Below are positions 18,982-32,299 of a DNA stretch of 64,000 nucleotides, one piece after another. Location of the stretch: contig CBDCWI010000002.1 of the NCBI GenBank assembly GCA_965223325.1, positions 4,096,001-4,160,000 of the forward strand, given 5' to 3'. Positions within the stretch are counted from its first letter, which is position 1. Each line of letters starts with the position of its first letter. The notes below the pieces were generated by a model. The model was not told where the DNA came from, did no database searches, and saw nothing but the letters and a program-made list of their open reading frames with translations. The DNA comes from Candidatus Multivoradales bacterium (GTDB lineage: Bacteria > Acidobacteriota > Thermoanaerobaculia > Multivoradales > Multivoraceae). Made by a program: the position numbers and the translations under genes.

Positions 18982-19219
18982 AGGAGTGGGCCCTCGGAGT
19001 GACAGCGGCGGGAAGGAGTCAGGAGGCGGGTTCGGGGCGCTCGGAGAGCGGTACGACCTTTGATTCTACCCTTTCCGGGCTTCCCGAGAAAACACCAGGC
19101 GTCGCTACCGAACGTTGCGGGGCGCAGCCACCTGATCCATCCACCACGGACTGCTAATGTCCGGTCCGGCAGACGCTTCTCCAGATCGCTTCACTCAACC
19201 TTCCCGGCGGGTTTTCTCC

Positions 19220-20353
19220 ATGAACCAGAGCAATGCTTTTCTCCTCCTGGAGGACGGGAGTTTGTTTCCCGGGCGAGCGGTGTCTCCAGGAACACGGTTT
19301 GGCGAAGTGGTCTTCAATACCGCCATGGCTGGCTACCAGGAGATCGTGACCGACCCCTCTTATCGAGGCCAGATCGTCGTCATGACCCAGCCTCACATCG
19401 GCAACTATGGAACCGCGGAGTTGGCTGAGGAATCGGGGCGCCCATGGGTCGAGGGCTTTATTGCTCGGCAGTTTGCGGCCGCGCCGTCGGGCACTGTTGG
19501 AGTCGACGGTTCGACCGGCGCGGGTAGTGAAGGTCTAGGCGACTACCTGGTTCGGCACGGCGTGCCGGCGGTCGAGGTCTACGACACGCGCGCGCTGGTC
19601 CGGCGGCTGCGGGAACACGGGTCCCTACGCGGGGTCCTGACGACGGAGCGCGACGATCGCGATGCGCTGCTCGAAGAGCTGCTGGCTTTTCCAGAGATGA
19701 TCGGTCGCGCTCTGGTCGACGAGGTAACCACCGCCGAACGCTACACAGTCGAGGCACTCGGCGAGGAGCGCTTCCATCTGGCTCTCTACGACTTTGGTGT
19801 CAAGACCAACATCGTGCGCTGTCTTGCCGAGCTGGGCGCGCGCGTAACGGTGCTACCGGCGCGCACACCGGCGGGGGAGTGCCTGGCACTCGAGCCCGAC
19901 GGGATCGTTCTTTCCAACGGACCAGGCGACCCCGAGGCGCTCGCTGGCATCGTCGACGAGGTTCGCAATCTGCTCGATAGAGGGATTCCTGTTCTGGGCA
20001 TCTGCCTCGGGCACCAGCTCCTCGGGCTCGCCCTTGGTGGAAGAACCTTCAAGCTCAAGTTTGGCCACCACGGCGGCAATCAACCGGTGCGTGACGAGGT
20101 CACCCAGCAGGTAGCGATCACCAGCCAGAACCACGGCTTCGCCCTCGACCCGGAGAGTCTGCCGGCAGAGTGCCGGGTGACCGGCATCAATCTGAACGAC
20201 GGGACGGTCGAATCCTTCGAAGTCCAGGGCCGACCGATCTTCTCGGTGCAGTACCACCCCGAAGCGGCTCCCGGTCCGCACGATGCGGCGCGGGTCTTTG
20301 GTGATTTTCTGGGGGCGGTCGCCGATCGCCGCCCCTTGCCAGCGGGAGTGTGA
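19220..20353 (+). CDS. carA: Carbamoyl-phosphate synthase small subunit
   Basis: [49 protein letters not shown]. Confidence 0.97.
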   Translation: MNQSNAFLLLEDGSLFPGRAVSPGTRFGEVVFNTAMAGYQEIVTDPSYRGQIVVMTQPHIGNYGTAELAEESGRPWVEGFIARQFAAAPSGTVGVDGSTGAGSEGLGDYLVRHGVPAVEVYDTRALVRRLREHGSLRGVLTTERDDRDALLEELLAFPEMIGRALVDEVTTAERYTVEALGEERFHLALYDFGVKTNIVRCLAELGARVTVLPARTPAGECLALEPDGIVLSNGPGDPEALAGIVDEVRNLLDRGIPVLGICLGHQLLGLALGGRTFKLKFGHHGGNQPVRDEVTQQVAITSQNHGFALDPESLPAECRVTGINLNDGTVESFEVQGRPIFSVQYHPEAAPGPHDAARVFGDFLGAVADRRPLPAGV

Positions 20354-21654
20354 GCTCGGTCTCTCTCAGCCAGGGTTCAAGGCGGGCCGCTGGTTCGAGG
20401 CCACGGGCTCGCGGTGCGACGGCGGATCTCGCGCGACGCTATCTTTTCGGGGCGCGCAGCCGATTGCTCACCGGTACAACGCGAGCAGCCCTGGGTTCGA
20501 CCGGACTCGGAGTGACCGCCATGGTCGTGGCGATGGCACTGATGACCGGCTACACCGCGGAGCTCAAGCGCAAGCTCGGAGAGGTCGGCGCGATTCAGGT
20601 GACCTCGCAGCTGCCTCCTGGTTTCGGCGAGGAGGCGCTCGGCCCGGGTGATGCGCGTCCAGAGGACCTGCTCGAGCTCGCTCGGGTGCACTCGGTCCAG
20701 AAGGTGGTCTTTGGCCAGGGGGCGATTTCGACCCGCGGTGGCAAGAGCCTCGATGTCGTTCTGCGAGGTGTCGAGGAGGGTTCAAAGAACTTCGGAGTGG
20801 ACTTGGAAGCCAATCCTGAACTGCTGACCGGCGGTGCCGGCATGGCCGGTTCGCCCGGTGAGAGGGTGATTCCGGGGGTCCTTCTCGGCCAGGAGCTGGC
20901 CCGCCGACTCGGTGCTTCTCTAGGAGACCGGCTCGAGCTGGTGGCTGTGGGGCTCGACAACGGGGTGCCGCGTTTCCGCTACCGCACCCTCGAGTTCACC
21001 GGTACGTTTGCGACCGGCTTTGCTGAGTTCGACCAGGGCTACGCGATGCTGGGCGCCGATCAGCTGGCACTGCTTGGCGGCGGGCTGACGGTCTACGAAG
21101 TTGCGGTCGACGACTTTGATCGGGTTGTCGAGGTCTCCGACGAAGCGCAGCGCTTGCTCGGGGATCACTGGTTCGTCTCCGACTGGCTGCGCCAGAACCC
21201 CGGCCTGTTCACTGCCCTCCGGCTTCAGAAGCTGCTCTTGTTCCTCACCCTCAGTTTGATCGTCGTCGTTTCAACCTTCAACGTGGCCTCGACTCTGGTT
21301 GTGCTGGTGCGGGAGAAGATGCGCGATATTGGCATCTTGACCGCGTTGGGAATGCGCCCGCGCCAGATCGAGATTCTCTTCCTGGCCTGCGGAGGTTTTC
21401 TCGGAATGACAGGAACCGCGATTGGTCTCCTGGTCGGCTCTACCATCGCCTGGCTGCTGACAACCTTCCGGGTGATCCGCTTCAACTCCAGTGTCGCCAA
21501 GATCTACTTCATCGACTGGGTGCCGTTCGAGGTGCGAGTGCTCGACTTGGCGGCCATCGCGTTCTTCGCGACCGTCGTCACTCTTCTGGCCAGCTGGATC
21601 CCCGCCCGCCGCGCGGCACGAATCGATCCAGCGCAAGCGCTTCGCTATGAGTAG
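20350..21654 (+). CDS. LolC/E-like ABC transporter permease
   Basis: MacB/FtsX architecture; V.EK.RDIGIL.ALG and [17 protein letters not shown]. Confidence 0.88.
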   Translation: MSSVSLSQGSRRAAGSRPRARGATADLARRYLFGARSRLLTGTTRAALGSTGLGVTAMVVAMALMTGYTAELKRKLGEVGAIQVTSQLPPGFGEEALGPGDARPEDLLELARVHSVQKVVFGQGAISTRGGKSLDVVLRGVEEGSKNFGVDLEANPELLTGGAGMAGSPGERVIPGVLLGQELARRLGASLGDRLELVAVGLDNGVPRFRYRTLEFTGTFATGFAEFDQGYAMLGADQLALLGGGLTVYEVAVDDFDRVVEVSDEAQRLLGDHWFVSDWLRQNPGLFTALRLQKLLLFLTLSLIVVVSTFNVASTLVVLVREKMRDIGILTALGMRPRQIEILFLACGGFLGMTGTAIGLLVGSTIAWLLTTFRVIRFNSSVAKIYFIDWVPFEVRVLDLAAIAFFATVVTLLASWIPARRAARIDPAQALRYE

Positions 21655-21992
21655 ACCCTCTGCGAAGGTGGTCTGGTCAGGGGCCAATCACGACCACCTC
21701 GAGGCGGCGTCGGAGTGAACATTCAACGCTCGGCAGACGTAAGAAAGAATGCACGACGGCAATCAACCGTCGTCCCGCCGAGCTCCAGCCGACCACCGTC
21801 CGGTGCCCGGATTTGAGGCTCACGAGACGACCCCAGCCCAACGGGGCGGGTCGTTCCTCCCTCCCAACCCAACACCACCGCGACGCCGCCGACCTGGCGG
21901 CCCGCGCGTCCATCGAATGGCCGGCCGGAGCGATCCGACCGGCCCTTCCCTCGTGGCCCTCTGAGGCAGAGGACGCTCCTGAGCAACCTTCG

Positions 21993-22154
21993 TTGAAGCC
22001 ACTTGCGACCGAACCGGGACTCTGTGCCCGCTGCCTGCACGCGCGTCTGGTGCACGCGCGGTATCCGCAGCTGCCGGTGGCCGCTCGTCGTGGCTTCCGA
22101 GAGCGCGACGAGGAGGGGCCGATTCCAGAGTTTCGGTCGCCCGCCGAACGCTAG
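21993..22154 (+). pseudogene. Probable remnant of a small Cys-rich protein
   Basis: GLCARCLHAR...RYPQLPV resembles a recalled small family GLCxxCxHxR..(~20 aa)..KYPRLPVxxC; the middle is missing at a TGCACGCGCG direct repeat. Confidence 0.4.
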
Positions 22155-22262
22155 AACGGCCGCACCTGGTCGCGGCTCAGACCGCTCTGCCGTGCCGTCG
22201 CCGAAGAAACCTGAAGTTCGTCCGTTCGCGAGCCGCTGTGGCTGTTATATTCCCGCACCGAT

Positions 22263-25484
<3,222 letters not shown>

Positions 25485-25529
25485 CCCGAATCGGCCCGAG
25501 CTCAGCCGCTCTTTCTACGGAGACCAAAG

Positions 25530-26918
25530 ATGGCGACACGCATTGAGAACGACAGCCTCGGCGAGATCGAGGTTCCGAGTGATGTCTACTACGGCGCGCA
25601 GACAGAGCGCGCTCGACAGAACTTTCCGATCAGCGGCATCGGGATGCCGCCGCGTTTTATCAAGGCTCACACGCTGATCAAGCGCGAGGCGGCGCGCGTC
25701 AACGCTGACATCGGGGTGATTCCCGAAGAGATCGCCGAAGCCATCATCCAGGCCGCAGACGAAGTGCTCGACGGCCAGCACGGTAACAACTTTCCCGTCG
25801 ATGTCTTCCAGACCGGGTCAGGAACGTCGAGCAACATGAACGTCAACGAGGTGCTGGCGAACCGCGCGATCGAGATCCTCGGCGGCGAGATGGGTTCGAA
25901 GAGTCCCGTTCATCCGAACGACCACGTCAACCAGGGCCAGTCCTCGAACGACTCGGTGCCGACGTCGATTCATATTGCCGCCTACCAGGCAGTCGAAGAA
26001 GAGCTCCGCCCCGGGCTCGAGCGCCTGCAAGCGTCACTGGCTGCCAAGGCCGAAGAGTTCGACAAGGTCGTCAAGATCGGGCGTACTCATCTTCAAGATG
26101 CCGTGCCGGTTCGCCTGGGTCAGGAGTTCTCCGGTTATGCACAGCAGGTCACCAACGGGCTGGCGCGCGTCGACGCTTGCCTGCCTCGCATCGCGGAGCT
26201 CGCGCTCGGTGGCACCGCGGTTGGTACTGGTCTCAATGCGCGACCTGGGTTCGCCGAAGACGTTATCGCCGGGATTGCAAGGTCGACCGGTTTGCCGTTC
26301 GTCTCGGCGCCGAACAAGTTCGAGGCGCTGGCAGCCAAAGATGCGGCGGTCGAGCTCTCGGGCGTCCTAAAGACCATTGCGGCATCGCTGACCAAGATCG
26401 CCAACGATGTGCGGTGGCTTGGCTCTGGACCCCGTTGTGGTCTGGGCGAGATGATGCTGCCCAGTCTGCAGCCAGGCAGCTCCATCATGCCCGGCAAGGT
26501 CAACCCCGTCATTCCCGAGGCGGTGCTCATGGTGTGTGCGCAGGTGATTGGCAACGACGTCAGCGTGACGACCGGCGGCATGGCGGGGAACTTCGAGCTC
26601 AACGTCATGATGCCGGTGGTCGCCCACAATCTCCTGCAGTCGATCGAGATCACCGGCCGAGCGGCTCTGCTGCTCGCGGAGCGATGCATCGATGGCCTGG
26701 AGGCCAACGAAGACCGCGTCGAAGAAATGGTCGAGAGGTCGCTTGCCATGTGCACCGCTCTGGCGCCCGTCATCGGTTACGACCAGGCGGCGGCAATTGC
26801 TAAAGAGGCGTTCGCGACGGGTCGCACGGTGCGCGAAGTGGCGTTGGCCAAGGAGGCCCTGCCGGCCGACGAACTGGCCGAGCTACTCGACCCCTTCAGC
26901 CAGACCGAGCCCGGGTAG
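25530..26918 (+). CDS. fumC: Class II fumarate hydratase
   Basis: QTGSGTSSNMN, HPNDHVN..QSSND, GRTHLQDA, GSSIMPGKVNP. Confidence 0.95.
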   Translation: MATRIENDSLGEIEVPSDVYYGAQTERARQNFPISGIGMPPRFIKAHTLIKREAARVNADIGVIPEEIAEAIIQAADEVLDGQHGNNFPVDVFQTGSGTSSNMNVNEVLANRAIEILGGEMGSKSPVHPNDHVNQGQSSNDSVPTSIHIAAYQAVEEELRPGLERLQASLAAKAEEFDKVVKIGRTHLQDAVPVRLGQEFSGYAQQVTNGLARVDACLPRIAELALGGTAVGTGLNARPGFAEDVIAGIARSTGLPFVSAPNKFEALAAKDAAVELSGVLKTIAASLTKIANDVRWLGSGPRCGLGEMMLPSLQPGSSIMPGKVNPVIPEAVLMVCAQVIGNDVSVTTGGMAGNFELNVMMPVVAHNLLQSIEITGRAALLLAERCIDGLEANEDRVEEMVERSLAMCTALAPVIGYDQAAAIAKEAFATGRTVREVALAKEALPADELAELLDPFSQTEPG

Positions 26919-28022
26919 GAAGAGCTGCGGATCGTCGCGGCTGGTTTCGGTGTGGAACTTCGACAGGCCGATCCCGAGAAGTCGAACCGCACGCTCCCCG
27001 GCGCTGGTCTTCTGCAGCAGGTCGCGCCCTATGCGGGCGAGCTCAGAAGCGTCGCGAACTGGCCGTTCGAGCGTGCGTGAGCGGGTCACCGTGGTGAAGT
27101 CCTCGTAGCGCACCTTGAGGGTGACGGAAGAGCCATGCAGGTCGCGCTTCTCGAGCCCTCGGGTCACGCGCGCGGCGAGGCGCTCGATCTCCTGCTCCAT
27201 CTGCTCGAGCTCGACCAGATCGGTGGTGTAGGTCGTCTCGGCGCTCAGGCTCTTGCGCTCGCGGGTCGTCTGCACCGGTCGGTCGTCGATACCCCGAGCG
27301 TAGCGCCAGAGCACGCTACCGTAGCGACCGAGGCGTGCCGTCAAGCGGGGGAGTTCGATCTCTCGCAGCTCGGCGATCTTGTGAACCCGGAACTCCTCAT
27401 GAAGAATGCGCTCGGTCGCCGGGCCGACGCCCATCAGCACGCGGACGTCGAGGGGTGCCAGGAAATCGAGAACGCGTCCCGGTCGAACGACGGTCAGGCC
27501 ATCAGGTTTGTTGAAGTCAGAGGCGATCTTTGCCACCAGCCGGTTAGGGGCAACACCTACGCTCACCGTCAGATTGACCACCCGACGAACCTCCTCGCGA
27601 ATCGCCTCCGCGACGCCGGTGGCAGAACCGTAGGGCCGCCAGCAGTCGGTCACGTCGAGGTAGGCCTCGTCGATCGAAACCGGCTGGATGACGTCGGTCA
27701 CGCCTCGGAAGATGTCGAAGACCCGCTCCGACTCCCTCTGGTAGCGCTCGAAGTCGGGGCGCAGGATGGTGGCGTGTGGGCACAGGCGAACGGCTTGCGA
27801 GCACGGCATGGCGGAGTGCACGCCGAAGCGGCGCACCTCGTAGTTGGCGGCAGCGACGACGCCCCGGCCGCTGGGACTGCCGCCGATGATCAGGGGCTTA
27901 CCGGCCAGCGACGGATCGTCGCGCATGTGGACGGCGGCGTAGAAGCAGTCCATGTCGCAGTGGAGAATGCGACGGTCGGGGAACGGGTCACCGACCGTTC
28001 TGTCGGCCTTCGTTGTTGTCAC
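26883..28022 (-). CDS. dinB: DNA polymerase IV
   Basis: HCDMDCFYAAV, SIDEAYLD, AKIASD.NKPDG; C-terminal QLFLPGL clamp-like motif. Confidence 0.96.
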   Translation of the reverse strand: MTTTKADRTVGDPFPDRRILHCDMDCFYAAVHMRDDPSLAGKPLIIGGSPSGRGVVAAANYEVRRFGVHSAMPCSQAVRLCPHATILRPDFERYQRESERVFDIFRGVTDVIQPVSIDEAYLDVTDCWRPYGSATGVAEAIREEVRRVVNLTVSVGVAPNRLVAKIASDFNKPDGLTVVRPGRVLDFLAPLDVRVLMGVGPATERILHEEFRVHKIAELREIELPRLTARLGRYGSVLWRYARGIDDRPVQTTRERKSLSAETTYTTDLVELEQMEQEIERLAARVTRGLEKRDLHGSSVTLKVRYEDFTTVTRSRTLERPVRDASELARIGRDLLQKTSAGERAVRLLGIGLSKFHTETSRDDPQLFLPGLGLAEGVE

Positions 28023-28396
28023 TTGTCTCGCAGCTTGTCGATCAGGCGACGTTCACGCTTGGTTGGGCGCCCGGCTCCTGGCTCACGCTTTGCGGGAGTC
28101 TTTCGCAGCTCTCGTTTCCATGGATCTGCGGGTGGGCGCGGGCCGGTGAGGTCTTCGAAGATCTCTCGAGCTGCGGCCTTTGCCATGGGACGGTCGGCCA
28201 GCTTGCGCACGACCAGCCGCCTTGTCCATTCGCGGTCCTTGCGGATCTCGAGCTGATCGCCGACTTTGACCGGTCGATGCGCCTTGGCGCGTTGTTCGTT
28301 GACCCTGACGCGTCCTAGCGAACACGCCCGAGTTGCTTGGCTTCTTGTCTTATAGACGCGCGCCGCGTGCAGCCAGCGGTCGAGCCGGACGGGCAC
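28019..28396 (-). CDS. hslR: S4-domain ribosome-associated heat shock protein Hsp15
   Basis: VRLDRWL..AR.YKTRS.A and GRPTKRERR. Confidence 0.9.
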   Translation of the reverse strand: MPVRLDRWLHAARVYKTRSQATRACSLGRVRVNEQRAKAHRPVKVGDQLEIRKDREWTRRLVVRKLADRPMAKAAAREIFEDLTGPRPPADPWKRELRKTPAKREPGAGRPTKRERRLIDKLRDK

Positions 28397-28680
28397 TAGC
28401 TCTCGCGCAGGTTCTCGAGGTCGCGGTCTCGCTTCGACTCGACGCGGTCGATCTCGACTCGTAGTTCCTGATCGAGGGCGGGTGAATTGGCCGGGTCATC
28501 GGCCTTCGCCTTCTCGTTCATGATGCGCAGCTCGGCGATGCGTGCCTCGGCGCGCTGACGAATGTCTTCCATCGCCTCGCGCGTCTTGTCGTCGTAGGCT
28601 TCGTCCCGGGGCCGGTCGATGCCCTGCTCGTCGAGGCGCTCGAGAGCGGTTTCCCATGCTGATTTGATGCCGTCACTCAT
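28396..28680 (-). CDS. Hypothetical helical protein
   Basis: KSAWE.ALERL N-terminus; stop overlaps the hslR start. Confidence 0.7.
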   Translation of the reverse strand: MSDGIKSAWETALERLDEQGIDRPRDEAYDDKTREAMEDIRQRAEARIAELRIMNEKAKADDPANSPALDQELRVEIDRVESKRDRDLENLRES

Positions 28681-28851
28681 TTCTTTCCACGCCTCTTCCG
28701 GGCCCGTTCACGAGACGCGAGGATACCATCGTAAGTCCCCCCTATCATGGGTGCCAACGGCGGCCTGGACGCAGGAACGCGAGCGCGATTGGTGGCGTCA
28801 CGACGCTCGCGGCGTCCCGATCTGCCTGCTTCGCCGCTTGGGAGTGAACGA

Positions 28852-29898
28852 ATGGTCTCACGCTACGGAGTCCAACCACTAGAAAGACGGCCGAGCAGCG
28901 CAGAGTCGGCCGCGCGGGTGCTTCTCCTCTTCATCGACGGGATCGGGCTGGCGGCTAAAGCTCCAGCCAACCCGTTCTCGACGGTCGCCATGCCGACGCT
29001 CGAGAGTCTGCTGGGGGGGCCATTGACTGTTGAGACGGTCGAGCCGGCGACTGCGCTGCCAGATCCACGGGTCGTCGAGGTCGATGGCCAGACGCTTTCC
29101 GTTCTCGCGACCGGTATCGATGCGAACTTGGGTGTCGATGGGTTGCCGCAGAGTGCGACCGGGCAAACGACACTCTTCACAGGGGTGAATGCCGCCCGCG
29201 TGATGGGGCGGCACGTCACCGCCTTCCCGGGCCCACGACTGCGCGAGGTCCTGGAGCAACACTCGATCTTTCTTCAGCTGGCACGCGCGGGCAAGAAGAG
29301 CACTTTCGCCAACCTTTTCTCAGACCTCTACTTCGAACGCCTTCGCGCTCGTCGGTTGCGTATGTCAGCCAGTGTCCTGGCGGTGCGCGCCGGCTCGTTG
29401 CGCCTGCGGGACCTTAACGACCTGCGGCGTGACCGAGCCGTCACCTGGGATATCAAGCGCTGCTACGTCCAGCCCAGTGAGAGGGAGGCAGAGGCATTCG
29501 GGACCTTCGGGGCCATCACTTCAAGACTTGCGGGCCGGCACCTGAATCGCTTGGCCCAGGATCATCACTTCACGCTCTGGGAGACCTTTGCGACCGACCT
29601 CGCCGGTCACGGGCGAGGCAGCATCGCCGTTCCCGAGCTCCTGGCCGACATCGACTGCCTCATCGCGGGTGTCCTGGCGGAGGGCATGTCCGAACTGACG
29701 GTGGTGATCACGAGTGACCATGGCAACCTCGAAGATCTGAGTCACGGCAAACACACCAGGAACTGTGTGCCATTGATCGCCATCGGGAAGGATGCCAACG
29801 CGTTTGCGGAGGTGCGATCTCTGACGGATGTGACGGCGGCGATTCTGCGGGTTCTCTATGAGTCCAATGTTCGGGCGCGAGAGCAAGGCACAACCTAG
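28852..29898 (+). CDS. Alkaline-phosphatase-superfamily metalloenzyme (phosphoglycerate mutase/phosphopentomutase-like)
   Basis: FIDGIG, PQSATGQT, TDLAGH, TSDHGN and HTRN metal-binding motifs. Confidence 0.82.
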   Translation: MVSRYGVQPLERRPSSAESAARVLLLFIDGIGLAAKAPANPFSTVAMPTLESLLGGPLTVETVEPATALPDPRVVEVDGQTLSVLATGIDANLGVDGLPQSATGQTTLFTGVNAARVMGRHVTAFPGPRLREVLEQHSIFLQLARAGKKSTFANLFSDLYFERLRARRLRMSASVLAVRAGSLRLRDLNDLRRDRAVTWDIKRCYVQPSEREAEAFGTFGAITSRLAGRHLNRLAQDHHFTLWETFATDLAGHGRGSIAVPELLADIDCLIAGVLAEGMSELTVVITSDHGNLEDLSHGKHTRNCVPLIAIGKDANAFAEVRSLTDVTAAILRVLYESNVRAREQGTT

Positions 29899-30022
29899 AA
29901 AGCGCGTTCTCAGGCGCGAAGCGCACGATGTGTTCAAGCGAAGATTCGCCACGCAACCGCAACCAGTGGTGGTGTCTGAGCGTCGCGACCGCTACATGTT
30001 GAGGAAGTGGTGTTGGGTACGC

Positions 30023-30052
30023 TTGACATTCAATTTGAAATGTCTGTAAGTT
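30023..30052 (+). promoter_or_regulatory. Putative sigma70 promoter far upstream of the H1-like gene
   Basis: TTGACA-N18-TAAGTT in an AT-rich patch. Confidence 0.5.
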
Positions 30053-30555
30053 TCGTTTGTGACGAGGATTCGTTGACTCACAATGATTCGTTCACGATCG
30101 TGCGACGCTCCGATAAACGATGAACCGACAAGGTCATCGCGAACGCTTCAACACACCGATTCCCGTCACTCTGGAGTCCAGCGTCGCGCAAGACGAGGGA
30201 GAAATCGCAAGGACAGACCGAGCGAACATTCTTAGCGACCGTCCGACCTTCAGCACAGGTTCAGCAACTGCCGGATCTGAAGCAGAGGAAGGAGTCCGAC
30301 CTTTCCCATCGTGGGTCAGGGCGGGCAGCGGCCGCGATCCTCAGCAGGCCAGAAGCCCCGCGCCAACGGGGGCTCGAGGCCGTGATCGATGAACTCCCAA
30401 CCCCAGCAGAGCGCACTTGAGACCCCCTTCAGCCGCCCCGGCTCGTCGGGTGGTGTCGTCGTGCTTGCAGCTCTCAAACGCAGGAAGCAATCAAGCTTCG
30501 CTGCAGAAGCCCGTTGCCGAGGCTAGGCCCGGCTGACGGCGGAGGACTTCGTCAA

Positions 30556-31395
30556 ATGGCGACTAGAAAGAAAGCGAAACGCAAGAAGGCGAAACGCAAG
30601 ACCGCGAAACGCAAGACCGCGAAGAGGCGGACCACGAGGAAGAAGGCAACACGCAAGAAGGCCAAGCGCAAGACCAAGAAGAAGGCAACACGCAAGAAGG
30701 CCAAGCGCAAGACCAAGAAGAAGGCCAAGCGCAAGACGGCGAAGCGCAAGACCAGGAAGAAGGCCAAGCGCAAGACGGCAAAGCGTAAGACCAGGAAGAA
30801 GGCCAAGCGCAAGACGGCGAAGCGTAAGACCAGGAAGAAGGCCAAGCGCAAGACGGCGAAGCGTAAGACCAAGAAGAAGGCCAAGCGCAAGACGGCGAAG
30901 CGTAAGACCAGGAAGAAGGCCAAGCGCAAGACGGCGAAGCGTAAGACCAGGAAGAAGGCCAAGCGCAAGACGGCGAAGCGTAAGACCAGGAAGAAGGCCA
31001 AGCGCAAGACGGCGAAGCGTAAGACCAGGAAGAAGGCCAAGCGCAAGACGGCGAAGCGTAAGACCAGGAAGAAGGCCAAGCGCAAGACAGCGAAGCGTAA
31101 GACCAAGAAGAAGGCCAAGCGCAAGACGGCGAAGCGTAAGACCAGGAAGAAGGCCAAGCGCAAGACGGCAAAGCGTAAGACCAGGAAGAAGGCCAAGCGC
31201 AAGACGGCAAAGCGTAAGACCAGGAAGAAGGCTACGCGTAAGAAGGCCAAGCGTAAGACCAAGAAGAAGGCTACGCGTAAGAAGGCCAAGCGTCGGACCA
31301 AGAAGAAGGCTACGCGTAAGAAGGCCAAGCGTCGGACCAAGAAGAAGGCCACGCGCAAGAAGGCCAAGCGCAGGACGACCCGCAGAAGGCGCTAG
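30556..31395 (+). CDS. Histone H1-like (Hc2/AlgP-like) K/R/T/A repeat protein, 279 aa
   Basis: GGAGGA SD at 30541, ATG 30556, synonymous variation among repeats, downstream terminator. Confidence 0.85.
   Translation: MATRKKAKRKKAKRKTAKRKTAKRRTTRKKATRKKAKRKTKKKATRKKAKRKTKKKAKRKTAKRKTRKKAKRKTAKRKTRKKAKRKTAKRKTRKKAKRKTAKRKTKKKAKRKTAKRKTRKKAKRKTAKRKTRKKAKRKTAKRKTRKKAKRKTAKRKTRKKAKRKTAKRKTRKKAKRKTAKRKTKKKAKRKTAKRKTRKKAKRKTAKRKTRKKAKRKTAKRKTRKKATRKKAKRKTKKKATRKKAKRRTKKKATRKKAKRRTKKKATRKKAKRRTTRRRR
30721..31227 (+). repeat. 13 x 39-bp coding repeat (KAKRKTAKRKT[R/K]K)
   Basis: AAGGCCAAGCGCAAGACGGC.AAGCG.AAGACCA.GAAG recurs every 39 nt. Confidence 0.95.
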
Positions 31396-31421
31396 CGCGC
31401 TGTTCTGACGGAAACGTCAAC

Positions 31422-31461
31422 GGGCCCGGGTCCGGTACTCTTACCGGCTCCGGGCCTTTTT
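31422..31461 (+). terminator. Rho-independent terminator
   Basis: GGCCCGG..CCGGTA-ctct-TACCGG..CCGGGCC hairpin followed by TTTTT. Confidence 0.85.
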
Positions 31462-32122
31462 GCGTGCGAGAAGAGGCTCGCCATCCATTGGCACCAGACG
31501 TCGAAGGAGTTCCCCGCTGACTCAGTCCCCAGATCTCCGCCCCGAGCGAACGCCACCTTCTGACGACGGTTCGAAGGTCGAGAACTGGCCGGCCGCGGCC
31601 GCCGTGGCACTCGGCCTGGCATTGTTGACGATCGGGGCAGGCCTGCTTGGCTGGCGCCTCGGTGGTGACCTCATGACTCCTGTGGGACGCGACGCTGGCT
31701 TTCTCTCAGGGTTTCGTTTCCCAACCCTCGACGGCGAGCGCTTGGGTCCACCCGACTTCAAAGGCCAGGTCGTCGTGCTCGACTTCTGGGCGACCTGGTG
31801 CACTCCCTGTCGTGCGCAAGCGCGAATCCTCGAGCAAGTGCGCAGCGAGTACCCTCCCGAGGACGTTTCGTTCCTCGCCATCAGCGTCAACGAGGAGCGC
31901 GAAACCGTCGCTGGTTTTCTGCGCAAGAACCCGGGTGCCTACACCTATCCCGTCGTCGTCGATACCGACGGCGCCTCCAGCTCGCGCGGTGGTGTTCACG
32001 TCCTGCCAACCGTTCTGGTGCTGGATCTCGAGGGTGAGGTTGTTTTTGAGTCGCCTGGCGTCGCGGGTGCAGATGAGATTCGTGACACGATTGATGACCT
32101 GCTGGCGGCGCCAAGGCGCTGA
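31460..32122 (+). CDS. TlpA/ResA-like thiol-disulfide reductase
   Basis: TM anchor and VVLDFWATWCTPC; true start is probably downstream of 31460. Confidence 0.85.
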   Translation: MRARRGSPSIGTRRRRSSPLTQSPDLRPERTPPSDDGSKVENWPAAAAVALGLALLTIGAGLLGWRLGGDLMTPVGRDAGFLSGFRFPTLDGERLGPPDFKGQVVVLDFWATWCTPCRAQARILEQVRSEYPPEDVSFLAISVNEERETVAGFLRKNPGAYTYPVVVDTDGASSSRGGVHVLPTVLVLDLEGEVVFESPGVAGADEIRDTIDDLLAAPRR

Positions 32123-32220
32123 CGACAGGCCTTCGTCGCCGACGGCAAGATCCATGCTCCGGCGCCCCGCCAGGCCTGGTGTGCCCGCTCGAGAACCGTA
32201 ACGACTGCCTTTCTTCGACC

Positions 32221-32252
32221 AAAGAGAAAGGCCGGAGGGACTCCCTCCGGCC
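32221..32252 (-). terminator. Terminator downstream of the ompA-like gene
   Basis: GGCCGGAGGGA-TCCCTCCGGCC hairpin followed by TTTCTCTTT on the minus strand. Confidence 0.7.
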
Positions 32253-32299
32253 GGTTCTCCTCGTCTCGGGTCAGCGTCCGAGATGCCTTCGAGGCCTCC

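Noticed and set aside
30270-30500. RNase P or SRP RNA (GAGGAAGGAGTCCG, GGGTCAGG, CAGGAAGCA fragments)
   Set aside because: Only partial motif resemblance; the required order and partner motifs are missing
30552-31367. Hydrophobic and Cys/Trp repeat ORFs antisense to the H1-like gene
   Set aside because: Mirror of the AAG/CGC repeats; the SD, terminator and synonymous changes support the + strand
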